A stretch of 20,000 nt of DNA from the IMG/VR virus record IMGVR_UViG_3300028832_000125. One strand, given 5' to 3'. Below, in pieces: positions 1-9,800 of this stretch; positions within the stretch are counted from its first letter, which is position 1; every line of letters begins with the position of its first letter. The notes under the pieces are model-generated. The model searched no databases and had not been told where the DNA came from. It worked only from the letters and a program-made list of their open reading frames with translations. The stretch is from an uncultured virus (IMG/VR IMGVR_UViG_3300028832_000125). Its lineage: Duplodnaviria; Heunggongvirae; Uroviricota; Caudoviricetes. The position numbers and the translations under genes were made by a program.

Positions 1-3000
1 TCTGAGGCAAAGTTGAATGATGCCGTCAATACCATCAACTACAGGAATAGCGAGTACGGCCAGAGCGGACTCGGTGGAAGCGTCTATGTCATCGGAACCA
101 ATGACACCACCGCGCCCGGTGACAGTAACGTTTACTCTGCCCTCAGAAGCGACAGGCAATATCCGCGAAAGAACAGGAATGATGTTATCAGTTCCCTTTG
201 GACGTTCAAGCACGGCAGAGGTCTTCGCAGGGGTATTCAGACAGAAGACTACAATGACGAAGGAGCCAATGAGGATAATCTGTTCGGCAAGGGCTTTGAA
301 CTCATATCGAAGACTGATGCCAACGGTAACATCGTAAGCCGTCTGGAGGTCGATGAGCTGTTGGTGCGCATCAAGGCTTTCTTCGCCCAACTGGAAATCA
401 GAGAGATTTCGTATGTCGGCGGTAACTACTGCTTCTCGGCAGCGGGTAGCCGTATATATTATGTTGACTGGATAGATGCCAACGGTAACGTCATCGATAA
501 GAACGTAGGCAGCATAGCCAACTGTGCGAAGTTCCGCTGTTACCTTTATTCTGATGACGGTACGACTGCCACCATCAACAAGTGGGCCGTGGATGACCAG
601 GCGATGTGCCGGACGTTCAATATTGATTCTGGGGTTCACCAGAATGTTTCCAATAAATACTACTGGCGCAGGGTCGTAGGAGTAGGCAGGGGTGTAATTC
701 CCTCTGAGGTGGTGACACCAGAGTTCACCGATGATGTAGTTCCCGCTCCCACCCAGTATCAGTATGTCGATATTTCGATGGCCGACTGTGCCATCAATAG
801 CGACTATCCAGAGCCGGATGACGCTATCGTTCAGATGGGTAACTGGAGTAACGAGAACAGACAAGGTATGATATATCTCATGGTGGAGGGTGACAGTGCG
901 CCTGCCATCATGGAGTACTCTGGTGTGGGTGCCAACGGTCAGCATTTCGTTCTGCCAGACCCCACGCTCATGTTGTCACCGAAAAAGAATATCATCTATG
1001 GCGAGTTCCATTCTGTTGTTGACTCTGAGGGAGGCGGCTCTGGTGATTCCATCGATGACCAGTTGAATGCCCTGTTGGATGCGCTCAATGACATCAAGAA
1101 TCAAGCCGATAAGAAGTTTGAAATCTGGTTCGGCAACTATGAGCCGTTACCCTCTAAAACAAACCAGTCAGCAACGCCCAACTTTCCCGCGTCTGAGTGG
1201 ATAACGGATGACTTGAAGGCCCTGCACGCGCAGGATTTGTTCTATGACACATACAAGGCTCCTGCCACTCAGAGAGGCCGGGCATGGAGGTGGATAGCCG
1301 CAGAGGGGGCGAATAATACCGTTGTTTACTACTGGGAAGATGTCACCGACCAAGACACCATTGACGCTCTGGAGAAAATCGCAGACGTGGCCAGTGACGG
1401 CAAACTGACTGGCGGTGCCGAGAAGGTGCGCGTGTTCCTTGACTGGGAAAAGGCCGTAGAGGAATACCTAAAGTACACTGAGCGGGCCAGAGACTACGAG
1501 ATAACAACGGAGTTGACCAACTACCGCAACGCCTTCAAGGAGTTGGCGAAGATGCTCAACAACAACGTGGCACTGATTACCAGTGACACCATGACTGAGA
1601 TTCCCACTCCCGCATGGCTTGCAGACCTGCAGGCAGAGACTGTCATCCCCTCTCCTGTCACGTACCGCCAGAAATGGACTGACTATTACACTACGCTTGC
1701 GGCCCTGTTGCAGGAAATCCAGAGGGTGGCAAAGGCTCTTGCCGATGCCGCACAGGCAGATGCCACCTCCGCATTGAATAAGATTGGTGATATGGCCAAT
1801 GATGGTAAACTTGACCCCACTGAGAAAGTGACGGTCAAAAGGGAGTTTATCGCCTGTTACCACGAAATGATGGACACTGATGAAGCAGGCTACGCCTCCG
1901 GCATTCTGGATATGGCAAAGAACCAGAATAACCAGTGGATAATCAACTACAACACGTACATTCTTCCGTACATCACCGCTTTCCGTGCCCTTGGTACGTA
2001 CCTCAATGGAGGCACTACATGGAATGAGCCTGCCCTTGCCACAACGATAGCAGACAGCGCATGGCCTTCATGGATTCAGTCTGCAAACATGGAAAATACC
2101 AATGATATTGCAGGCAGTACGTGGCGTGATAAATGGTCGGACTTCTACGCAAAGCGTACCGCAGTCCTCACCGCCCTCACTGACAACGCACAGACTACAG
2201 CCGATGACGCTCATGACCGTATCGATGACATCGTTTCGGATGGTATCATAAGCGCAGGTTCTGAGAAGTCCCTGCTTTATATCGACTGGATGAAGACCGT
2301 TGCGGAGTACAAGAAATATATCGAGCAGGCAGGTGACTACTTCGGAGATACTAACACGCAGGATGATGCCCTTGTGACGGCATACACCAACCTTGCCAAG
2401 ATGCTTAACAACGGAGCGAACCCGACAGCCAATATACTGAATGGTGTTGACCGTCCGGCATGGCTCACCGTAGCCAATATGAACGTTGACACGGTTCTGG
2501 CTGACACTCCCACGGCAACAGTGGCAAACTATCACTCCGTCTGGAACGCATACCATACGGCCCTCACCGCCTTGTTGGAAGTCATAACGAAGAAAGCCAA
2601 GGAACTTGCCGATGCCGCACAGGCTGACGCTACGAGTGCTCTGGAGAAAATTGGTGATATGGCCAACGATGGTAAACTTGACCCAAGCGAGAAACTTACC
2701 GTTAAACGTGAGTTTAAGGCCGCATGGGATGAAAAGGATAAGTCTGGTGGTATCATCGATATGTGCTATGATGCTACAGACAGTGCCATTATTTCCACCA
2801 CTACCATCAACGCCTATATCAACGCCTTTGTTGCTCTCGGTACGTACCTCAACAATGGTACTAACTGGAGTGCTGGCAGTTCGGTAAAGAATGACACGTA
2901 CAGGGCTAATGACAGCAATCTGCCATCGTGGATTCAGTCGGCCAATATGTCTGACACCAATACCATCACTGGAAGCACATGGCGCACGAAGTGGTCTGAC

Positions 3001-5223
3001 TTCTATTCTGCCAGAACAGCAGTATTAACGGCCCTGTCAGAAAAGGCAAAGGAAGCCGCCGATAATGCACAGGAAACAGCCGATAATGCGAATGACAGGA
3101 TAGATGACATCGTGGCCGATGGCATCATCAGTGGCGGTGCAGAGAAAAGCGGTCTGTTCATTGACTGGATGAGGTGTGTACAGGAATACCTAAAGTACAC
3201 CGAACAGGCAACGAACTACAGCGTCTCTTCCACTAACTATGTCACGGCATATACGGCTCTTGCAACCATGCTGAACGGCGGCACGGCGGCAACCGCAAAC
3301 ATCCTCAATGGAACCACTCGCCCGGCATGGCTCACCACTACAAACATACTGCTCGACACAACGCTGTCCGACTACAGCCTAACGGCAGACCAGTACCGCA
3401 CAAAGTGGAGCACATACTACACTCAGTTGACGCTTCTCATCGAGGCCATTGGTGACAAGGTGAAAGCCCTCGCCGATGAGGCTCTGGAAGAGTTGGATAA
3501 CATGGCAGAGGATGATGTCTTGACTGAGTACGAGAAAATGGTTTGCCTCAGAGAGTGGGATGCGGCCAAGGCAGAGTACACATCGCTCGTTTCGCAGTTC
3601 GCTAATACGCCAGGAGTATCTACGACAGCCCTCGCCAATGCGTTCAATATACTGTCTAACTACCTCAATAACCTGTCAACGAATAATACGACAGCGTTCA
3701 CGGGTACGGCTCCTGCATTGCTCACCGCCTCCGGCAACACGTCTATCAACGGCACAACCTTCAAGACGTACTGGCGCAACTATTACGATGAGCGTTCTAA
3801 GTTGCTTGCATCAGGCTCGAACTCGAAGATTTCCGTCTTCGCCCAGAGTTCGCGTCCGACACCTCCATATAAAGTCGGTGATATATGGGTACAGACCGAT
3901 AACAATAACAATATGATGGTCTGTATCTATGGCCGCAGTGCAGGTGCTACAGGCGCAGACTCAGACTGGGCCGACATGTCGGACATCACAGAGAAGAGAG
4001 ACCCAAGAGTTCTGCTTGCCGCATTGTGTAATATGGTTTACAGTTACGCAGGCGGGTATATAAGGAACAAAAGTTCCAACTCATACCTGGCCGTATATCT
4101 CGGTTCGAAGCCCTCTTCTGGTCATGCAGATGGTGACTTGTCTTATTATAGTAGCACGGTCTATCAGTATGTATCGAGTACATCTGGATGGAGTTCAGTG
4201 ACTAACGATACACTGAAAACCTCGCTTAGTGCGCTGTATGGTGTCATCGGAACCTACACCGTCAGAATCTTCCGCACGAAGCCGTCATCACCGTCTGCTT
4301 TCGACATGGTGTGTACGCCTGTGAACTTCACTGACGCAAACGCTCCTTCTGGCTATCAGACCGTAGAGGGCGGTATCTGCATCCAGATGTATAACGGCTC
4401 CAGTTGGGAGGTGTTGCAGGAATCCGCACACAGTATCATTGAGAATATCAAGGGCTATATCCGTGCCGTTGCTTATAAGCGTGCTGATGACTACGCCACG
4501 GCAGCGGGGCTTATCACTACTTCCGATTGGGCTGACTTATTCGCAGAGGCCACCGATGCAGACGGCAATAAGATAGCAGAGGCCCACATGAGTGCGTTTA
4601 TTACGAAGGTGAAGTCCGGCAATGACTATTATATCGAAAGTGGTATAAAGATGAGTGCCGACAAAATCGTATTCACTGGAAAGACCGTCATCAACGGCAA
4701 ATTCACCGTAGATAACAACGGAAACGTCACGATGGATGGCTTCACGGCCACGAACGCAACTATCACTGGAACGATTAACGCTTCAAGCGGAAAGATAACA
4801 GGCACGATGACCGTAGGCACGTATGCTTCCAATAAGAACAGCATCAAAATCATCCCAGATGATTCAAACCCGTCTATCGTAGGATATGTCGGAACTACAG
4901 AGGTGTTCAGAATCGGTGCGCAGGTCAATTATGACGGAGGTACAAAAGCGACATTCAAGGTTGGAAGGTCGTATCTCCGCGAGGATGGACTTTACATACT
5001 TGCCGCTGACGGAAGCAACTGCCGCGCCTACTCAACAAGATTCATCGTTGAAAGAGTCATCAACAGCCTGCACTATCCTTTCTGTATCGACATCGATTCA
5101 AGCGGAAAAGTCATACTTGGTGCAAATGGTGCATCGATGTGGCCTACCTCGAAGAGTTATGTAGGATGGGGTGATATTTACGTTGACGGTGATGTTCTGA
5201 AGGTCAATATGGATGGTGGATAA
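1..5223 (+). CDS. Large phage tail/baseplate-associated structural protein, 5'-truncated, with six internal helical repeats
   Basis: The frame is open from position 1 (TCT GAG GCA AAG TTG...), so the real start is probably upstream of the window. Motifs resemble Bacteroidales phage tail proteins (SRLEVDELLVR..FAQLEIREISYVGG, DAIVQMGN...RQG, PTPPYKVGDIWV). The C-terminus is beta-rich (IKMSADKIVF..NATITGTINASSGKI). It lies upstream of the DGR target and lysis genes. Confidence 0.8.
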   Translation, partial: SEAKLNDAVNTINYRNSEYGQSGLGGSVYVIGTNDTTAPGDSNVYSALRSDRQYPRKNRNDVISSLWTFKHGRGLRRGIQTEDYNDEGANEDNLFGKGFELISKTDANGNIVSRLEVDELLVRIKAFFAQLEIREISYVGGNYCFSAAGSRIYYVDWIDANGNVIDKNVGSIANCAKFRCYLYSDDGTTATINKWAVDDQAMCRTFNIDSGVHQNVSNKYYWRRVVGVGRGVIPSEVVTPEFTDDVVPAPTQYQYVDISMADCAINSDYPEPDDAIVQMGNWSNENRQGMIYLMVEGDSAPAIMEYSGVGANGQHFVLPDPTLMLSPKKNIIYGEFHSVVDSEGGGSGDSIDDQLNALLDALNDIKNQADKKFEIWFGNYEPLPSKTNQSATPNFPASEWITDDLKALHAQDLFYDTYKAPATQRGRAWRWIAAEGANNTVVYYWEDVTDQDTIDALEKIADVASDGKLTGGAEKVRVFLDWEKAVEEYLKYTERARDYEITTELTNYRNAFKELAKMLNNNVALITSDTMTEIPTPAWLADLQAETVIPSPVTYRQKWTDYYTTLAALLQEIQRVAKALADAAQADATSALNKIGDMANDGKLDPTEKVTVKREFIACYHEMMDTDEAGYASGILDMAKNQNNQWIINYNTYILPYITAFRALGTYLNGGTTWNEPALATTIADSAWPSWIQSANMENTNDIAGSTWRDKWSDFYAKRTAVLTALTDNAQTTADDAHDRIDDIVSDGIISAGSEKSLLYIDWMKTVAEYKKYIEQAGDYFGDTNTQDDALVTAYTNLAKMLNNGANPTANILNGVDRPAWLTVANMNVDTVLADTPTATVANYHSVWNAYHTALTALLEVITKKAKELADAAQADATSALEKIGDMANDGKLDPSEKLTVKREFKAAWDEKDKSGGIIDMCYDATDSAIISTTTINAYINAFVALGTYLNNGTNWSAGSSVKNDTYRANDSNLPSWIQSANMSDTNTITGSTWRTKWSDFYSARTAVLTALSEKAKEAADNAQETADNANDRIDDIVADGIISGGAEKSGLFIDWMRCVQEYLKYTEQATNYSVSSTNYVTAYTALATMLNGGTAATANILNGTTRPAWLTTTNILLDTTLSDYSLTADQYRTKWSTYYTQLTLLIEAIGDKVKALADEALEELDNMAEDDVLTEYEKMVCLREWDAAKAEYTSLVSQFANTPGVSTTALANAFNILSNYLNNLSTNNTTAFTGTAPALLTASGNTSINGTTFKTYWRNYYDERSKLLASGSNSKISVFAQSSRPTPPYKVGDIWVQTDNNNNMMVCIYGRSAGATGADSDWADMSDITEKRDPRVLLAALCNMVYSYAGGYIRNKSSNSYLAVYLGSKPSSGHADGDLSYYSSTVYQYVSSTSGWSSVTNDTLKTSLSALYGVIGTYTVRIFRTKPSSPSAFDMVCTPVNFTDANAPSGYQTVEGGICIQMYNGSSWEVLQESAHSIIENIKGYIRAVAYKRADDYATAAGLITTSDWADLFAEATDADGNKIAEAHMSAFITKVKSGNDYYIESGIKMSADKIVFTGKTVINGKFTVDNNGNVTMDGFTATNATITGTINASSGKITGTMTVGTYASNKNSIKIIPDDSNPSIVGYVGTTEVFRIGAQVNYDGGTKATFKVGRSYLREDGLYILAADGSNCRAYSTRFIVERVINSLHYPFCIDIDSSGKVILGANGASMWPTSKSYVGWGDIYVDGDVLKVNMDGG
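1366..3810 (+). repeat. Six tandem ~130-150 aa protein repeats alternating two subtypes (A-B-A-B-A-diverged)
   Basis: Unit starts: 1366 ALEKIADVASDGKL, 1771 ALNKIGDMANDGKL, 2209 AHDRIDDIVSDGII, 2638 ALEKIGDMANDGKL, 3088 ANDRIDDIVADGII, 3481 ALEELDNMAEDDVL. Each unit ends in a W..[YF]Y or W..YH helix. DNA similarity is still visible (1741-1817 vs 2608-2684). Confidence 0.85.
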
Positions 5224-5239
5224 TCAAAACTCTGAGAAT

Positions 5240-5563
5240 ATGAAGATAGTTAGAAGCAAATGGTTCCCTCCAAAGGGGTATGCGGCGATTATGTTAGTGT
5301 GGTGGCTCATCATCCGTGAAGGCCACTCAGTCACATCACGCCTCGTTAATCACGAAGACATTCACAGCAGGCAGCAGAAGGAAATGCTGATACTGCCATT
5401 CTTCGTGTGGTATGGACTGGAGTTCCTGTTCCGGCTGATACAGTACCGCAACTGGGATAAGGCGTACAGAAACATATCCTTTGAGCGCGAGGCTTACGAG
5501 AATGAAATCAACATGGCCTACCTGCAATCCCGCAGGTGGCTCGGGTGGACGAAATATCTGTAA
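5240..5563 (+). CDS. Small HExxH-motif protein, putative zinc metallopeptidase-like, hydrophobic
   Basis: NHEDIH motif followed by SFEREAY (possible third zinc ligand). ATG 5240 follows an AT-rich stretch; an alternative ATG at 5213 overlaps the upstream gene. Confidence 0.65.
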   Translation: MKIVRSKWFPPKGYAAIMLVWWLIIREGHSVTSRLVNHEDIHSRQQKEMLILPFFVWYGLEFLFRLIQYRNWDKAYRNISFEREAYENEINMAYLQSRRWLGWTKYL

Positions 5564-5582
5564 CTCTAAAAATAGTATTATT

Positions 5583-5861
5583 ATGAAGATTGACTTTACA
5601 AACATTACGGTGCAGGTGTCGTTTGACGGCTCCTGCCAGACCTTCAACATTGCGAAGGAAGTGGGAAATGACATGATGTACAACGGTGCTGTCATCTGTG
5701 ACATCGGGTTTGAGGAACTGGCCAGGGAGATATATTTCTCTGACAAGGAGGTTGAGATACCGCCCCAGTACGTCCGTCCCCTCTCGCAGGTCATCTCACA
5801 GGGAACATACATAGCAACCATCAAGCGTTATCTGCTACAGGTTCTCGATGGCAAACGGTAA
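5583..5861 (+). CDS. Phage hypothetical protein (tail module)
   Basis: ATG 5583 follows an AT-rich leader (aaaatagtattatt), giving MKIDFTNITVQ..ELAREIYFSDKEVEI. The ORF-track start at 5481 overlaps the previous gene and is unlikely. Confidence 0.7.
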   Translation: MKIDFTNITVQVSFDGSCQTFNIAKEVGNDMMYNGAVICDIGFEELAREIYFSDKEVEIPPQYVRPLSQVISQGTYIATIKRYLLQVLDGKR

Positions 5862-6132
5862 CAATAAGATAGGGTTCATCGTAGAGGGACGTGAGACCCA
5901 TGCTAACGGCGTGGTCAAGGTCTCTGTTAGGATGCTCAACAGTGATAAGCCGGAACTTAACACTAACGAGTTGCCTATCATCCTAAATGCCCTCAAGCAC
6001 AGTCATCTGATGGATGAGACAACGCACGTAGGCTTCGACTACACTCTGGACTTCCCGATGATGGCAGGCTTCGGCTTCCCCTATGTTCTGGACTTTACAC
6101 TGGAATCAGAAAACGATAGAATTATAACGTGA
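5848..6132 (+). CDS. Phage hypothetical protein with duplicated GFxYxLDF motif
   Basis: Tightly packed between neighbours on the same strand; GFDYTLDFPM and GFPYVLDFTL near the C-terminus. Confidence 0.65.
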   Translation: MANGNNKIGFIVEGRETHANGVVKVSVRMLNSDKPELNTNELPIILNALKHSHLMDETTHVGFDYTLDFPMMAGFGFPYVLDFTLESENDRIIT

Positions 6133-6133
6133 T

Positions 6134-6448
6134 ATGGCAAACTCATTGAGAATCGGCTATGCAGCCAAGAGGCGAGGTGACCTGTGGACTGCTACTGAGG
6201 CCAACGAAGTAAAGGAAGTGGCTAACAACCACGCAGGCATCATTGATGGCCACACCTCATCCATCAGTACTATCAATAACAGTCTTGACCTACAGTCGCA
6301 GCAGTTGCAGCAGAACACCCAGAATATCCGTCTGCTGCAAGAGACAACAAAGAGCGTCTGGCTCACTGAGGAAGAGTACAGGGCACTTGTTGAGGCTGAG
6401 ACCGTTGATCCTGCCACGGAGTATAACATCTATGAAGAGCAGTCATGA
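6134..6448 (+). CDS. Small tail-fibre-associated protein with coiled-coil segment
   Basis: Gln-rich coiled-coil-like middle. The C-terminal VWLTEEEYRALV...DPATEYNIYEE motif resembles short phage tail-fibre-associated modules. Confidence 0.65.
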   Translation: MANSLRIGYAAKRRGDLWTATEANEVKEVANNHAGIIDGHTSSISTINNSLDLQSQQLQQNTQNIRLLQETTKSVWLTEEEYRALVEAETVDPATEYNIYEEQS

Positions 6449-6621
6449 TAGTCAAGGGTGGGTATGAACTTGTTGCCCGCAGGAAGGGCAATATGGTTGC
6501 ACAGGCCGTATATCGTGGATTGCGTCTTGTGTGGCAGGCGGTGCGCTCATGTTTCGGCTCTGGAATATGGGTGCCCTCGAAGCCGTGGCTTGGTAACGAG
6601 AACTGGAAGAATCACAATTAA
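6445..6621 (+). CDS. 58-aa Trp-rich phage protein, absent from the ORF track
   Basis: Manual translation: MIVKGGYELVARRKGNMVAQAVYRGLRLVWQAVRSCFGSGIWVPSKPWLGNENWKNHN*. It has an ATGA start/stop overlap with the upstream gene and fills the gap up to 6634. Confidence 0.75.
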   Translation: MIVKGGYELVARRKGNMVAQAVYRGLRLVWQAVRSCFGSGIWVPSKPWLGNENWKNHN

Positions 6622-6633
6622 AATAGGTTTATT

Positions 6634-6834
6634 ATGTACGAAAAAGACAACAAGACCGCGAAGCAGCAGAAAGGCCGTCTTCGCACGCGAACATTCGTTT
6701 TTGCTATCTCCGACATGGAGACTGGCAGTGGTAACAGCACTCTGGAGGCATTTTGCGAGGCACACAACGTTTTGAGTGTGGTCTTCAATGAATCCAAAGG
6801 AAAGTTGATTTACGTGCTCATATACAAGGATTAA
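6634..6834 (+). CDS. Phage hypothetical protein (66 aa)
   Basis: AT-rich leader (aaataggtttatt) before the ATG; fits the gap before the giant gene. Confidence 0.6.
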   Translation: MYEKDNKTAKQQKGRLRTRTFVFAISDMETGSGNSTLEAFCEAHNVLSVVFNESKGKLIYVLIYKD

Positions 6835-6847
6835 ATAGTTTTTCATT

Positions 6848-9800
6848 ATGGCAGACATTATCAATTTGCAAGAGGCTTGGGAAGGTCACAGCGGCTCGGA
6901 AGTCGAGACCTTCATCAAGAAAGAGTTGAAAGGCAGGGCAGGAGCCGTCAGATGGGTGCAGAACAGCACATATTACTCCATCCAGGGCTTCGCCTCGGCA
7001 GCAGACAAGGCAGCGTATATCAGCGACCCCGTAGGTAACGCCAACCTCCTGTTGTTTGAAGAGGAACTGCCTATCTCCACAACTCAGAGTGACAGTTACA
7101 TCGCCCGTCTGTACTGCGACAGGGACACATCGAAGTCCTTTGCCGTGAAAGACGGTGACACTTTCTCCGTTGGACTGAGATTCTCGGCCATCCACGTCAT
7201 CGCCGCTACCAGTGAGCAGGAAAAGATGGACGGCAACGGTACGCTCATCATCGAACGCTCGACAGACGGCAGCACATGGACTCGCGTGGCATCGCAGGCC
7301 ATCGCCAGTGTTGACATCGACACTGAGGGCTATCCCGCAACGGTGGAGATTGGACGCTACCTGCTGACGGGCAGGCAGAACCATATCCGTCTGAGGGCCA
7401 CCTTCGGCTATACCGATGCAGGAGGCAATGACGCTACGATGGCCAGTGGTAACATCATCCTGTCTATCGCTTCCGTCTCTCTGGCAGTGACCCTACAGAC
7501 GAACTGGGCGCAGCCAGTACAGGCAAGCCAACTCACGGCACTGCCATTGCAGTTCATGGTGGAGGGTTCCGTCAGAAAGTACCTTCATGTGCAGGTATCT
7601 GGCATTGACGGCTATTCTGGCCATGACAGCGTAGAGGAATATTCGGCAGCGCAGGAGGGCAGTATGACCGTACTGTGCCAGGATGGTGCGGGTACGAAGG
7701 GAATCCTCAGAACTGGAGTCCATACCGTCCGTGCATGGCTTACCGCTGATGACGGTGACGGCGGCACCATCACAAGTGATGTCATCAGCCACCAGTTGAT
7801 GATGGTCAACACCAATCAGCCGTCCACGCTGATGCAGCCGAGACTACTCATCCAGAGTGTGGCCAGTTCCATTGACAACTTCGTACAGGGCCGTGTTTGT
7901 AAGTATGCGGTCTATTCCCCGAAACTCGTTGACGGTTCATACACCAACCAGGGTGACCCGGTGACGTTCTCGCTTTTGCTCACTGACAGGAGTGATGACA
8001 TTCTCGCAGGCAACCACGTAGTGTACTTCGACCAAGAGGTGACGGCATCGCCCGGTCAGCAGTATGACCTTCTGGCCACTCTGGAGATTGAGCAGAACGC
8101 GGGTGAGGTAGCGGCAGAGAGTTTCGACACGTTCCTGCATGCTACGCGCATGGTAGGCAGCACCCTCACCGATTTCCTGCTGTCGAGTTACGGCACTGGA
8201 TATATGTATGTGTCCGTGGATAACACTGGAGGCTTCCAGCCCACGGCAGGCTCCGTGTTCCTTCTGAATCCTAAGACCAGAAACAACAGTGAGGCTAACC
8301 CTCGCCGCATCCTCAACGGACGTAACAATAACGCCGAGGTCGAAAGTGTCTGGAGTGAGGGTTTCAAGATGGACGGCTCTGATGGTTGGACTGTAGATGA
8401 TGACGGTAACAAGGTATTGCGAATCCCCGCAGGCTGTCTTCTGAATATCAGATACAACCCCTTTGCGCAGTTCCTCAACTCGCCGGACTCCACACTGACG
8501 ATAGACCTTGATTTCTGCGTCCGTAACGTGGTGAATGAGGATGACCCCATCATCCGTCTGTGTGAGACTCTGGATGCAGAACGTGGCACGTTCATGGGCC
8601 TGCGTATGCGTCCGATGGTTGGCACTATGGCCTCCGCTCTCTCTGAGGGTGTCGAGACTGAGACTGACTTCCGTTGGGGTGAGGACAGGCGCACGCATAT
8701 CTCTATCAATATCGTCCCGAACGTTGCACCCAATACCTACGGTGACGGTCTCGTTGTCGCTGCAGACCAGAGCAGGGCAAGGGGTACGCTGAACCTCGTA
8801 AGGGTGTTCATCAACGGTGTCATCAACCGTGAGTTGCGTTTCTCCACTGAGGCGGGCGCACGGGAGTTCTGTACGGCTGCTCTATCTAACGGCGGTATCT
8901 TCATCGGCCAGGACGGTGCGGACATCGACATCTACGGCATCCGCGTATGGGACAGCACCGCTTCGGCCATCACTCCGAAGGATGCCATCCAGAACTACAT
9001 ATCCACGCTGCCGACCAGTGAAGAGAAAGTCCGTGTGAAGGAAAAGAACGCCATCACTAAGACCAACGGCCTTATCTCTCTGGAGGCTTGCCGTGACAAG
9101 GGCCTCAGAAACATGGTGTGGCACGGTGTCGAGCCTTTCATCAAGGAAACGAGCGGTTCAAGGGGTTGGATAGAAATGCGGTGCTATGACAATAATGGCA
9201 ACTACCTGCCGGAATGCTCTGGAACCATCTGCAAGGAGTCGAAGTCGCTCAAACCGAAGAGACAGGGTACTACGGCCAACACGTACTACTATTCAAACCT
9301 CCAGTTCAAACTCAGTGACGTTACTGACACCATACAGGTAGCCGTGGCCGACTTCCACAGCAGCATCGTTATCTCCGCTCCATTCGAGAGCGAGGGAAAC
9401 ACGTATGTCAGCATCTACGGAGGCAACCTCGGCAAGGATTTCCCTGTAGGCAACGCCACAAAGGACTATCCGTATGCAGACGGTTACGTGACGGTTCCCG
9501 ATGGATGGATTGACGGCAACGGCAAGTACCGTGGCATGGGCTATATGATTGCTCCTAATCAGCCGTTGGCTCAGAAACTGGTGCTGAAAATCAACTACGC
9601 CTCATCGATGCAGTCGCACCTCATCGGTATCAACTGGCTCTATCATGAGTTGCACACCCGCTTCTGTGGCCAGAACTCTTTGCAGAGGGACACGCCTACG
9701 GCTCTGGTGGCAAAGCATACCGAACCGTTGCTTTTCTTCACGGCAGGAGTGAATGAGGAAGACCCCGCTGCAGCCGTCTATCGCGGCCCCGGTGCCTTCG

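Noticed and set aside
5050..5223. Possible second VR at the end of the first tail gene
   Set aside because: No similarity to the TR here, and I saw none elsewhere in the window by eye.
6458..6775. 105-aa ORF from the track
   Set aside because: Overlaps two better-supported genes (6445-6621 and 6634-6834) that have coupled or AT-rich starts.
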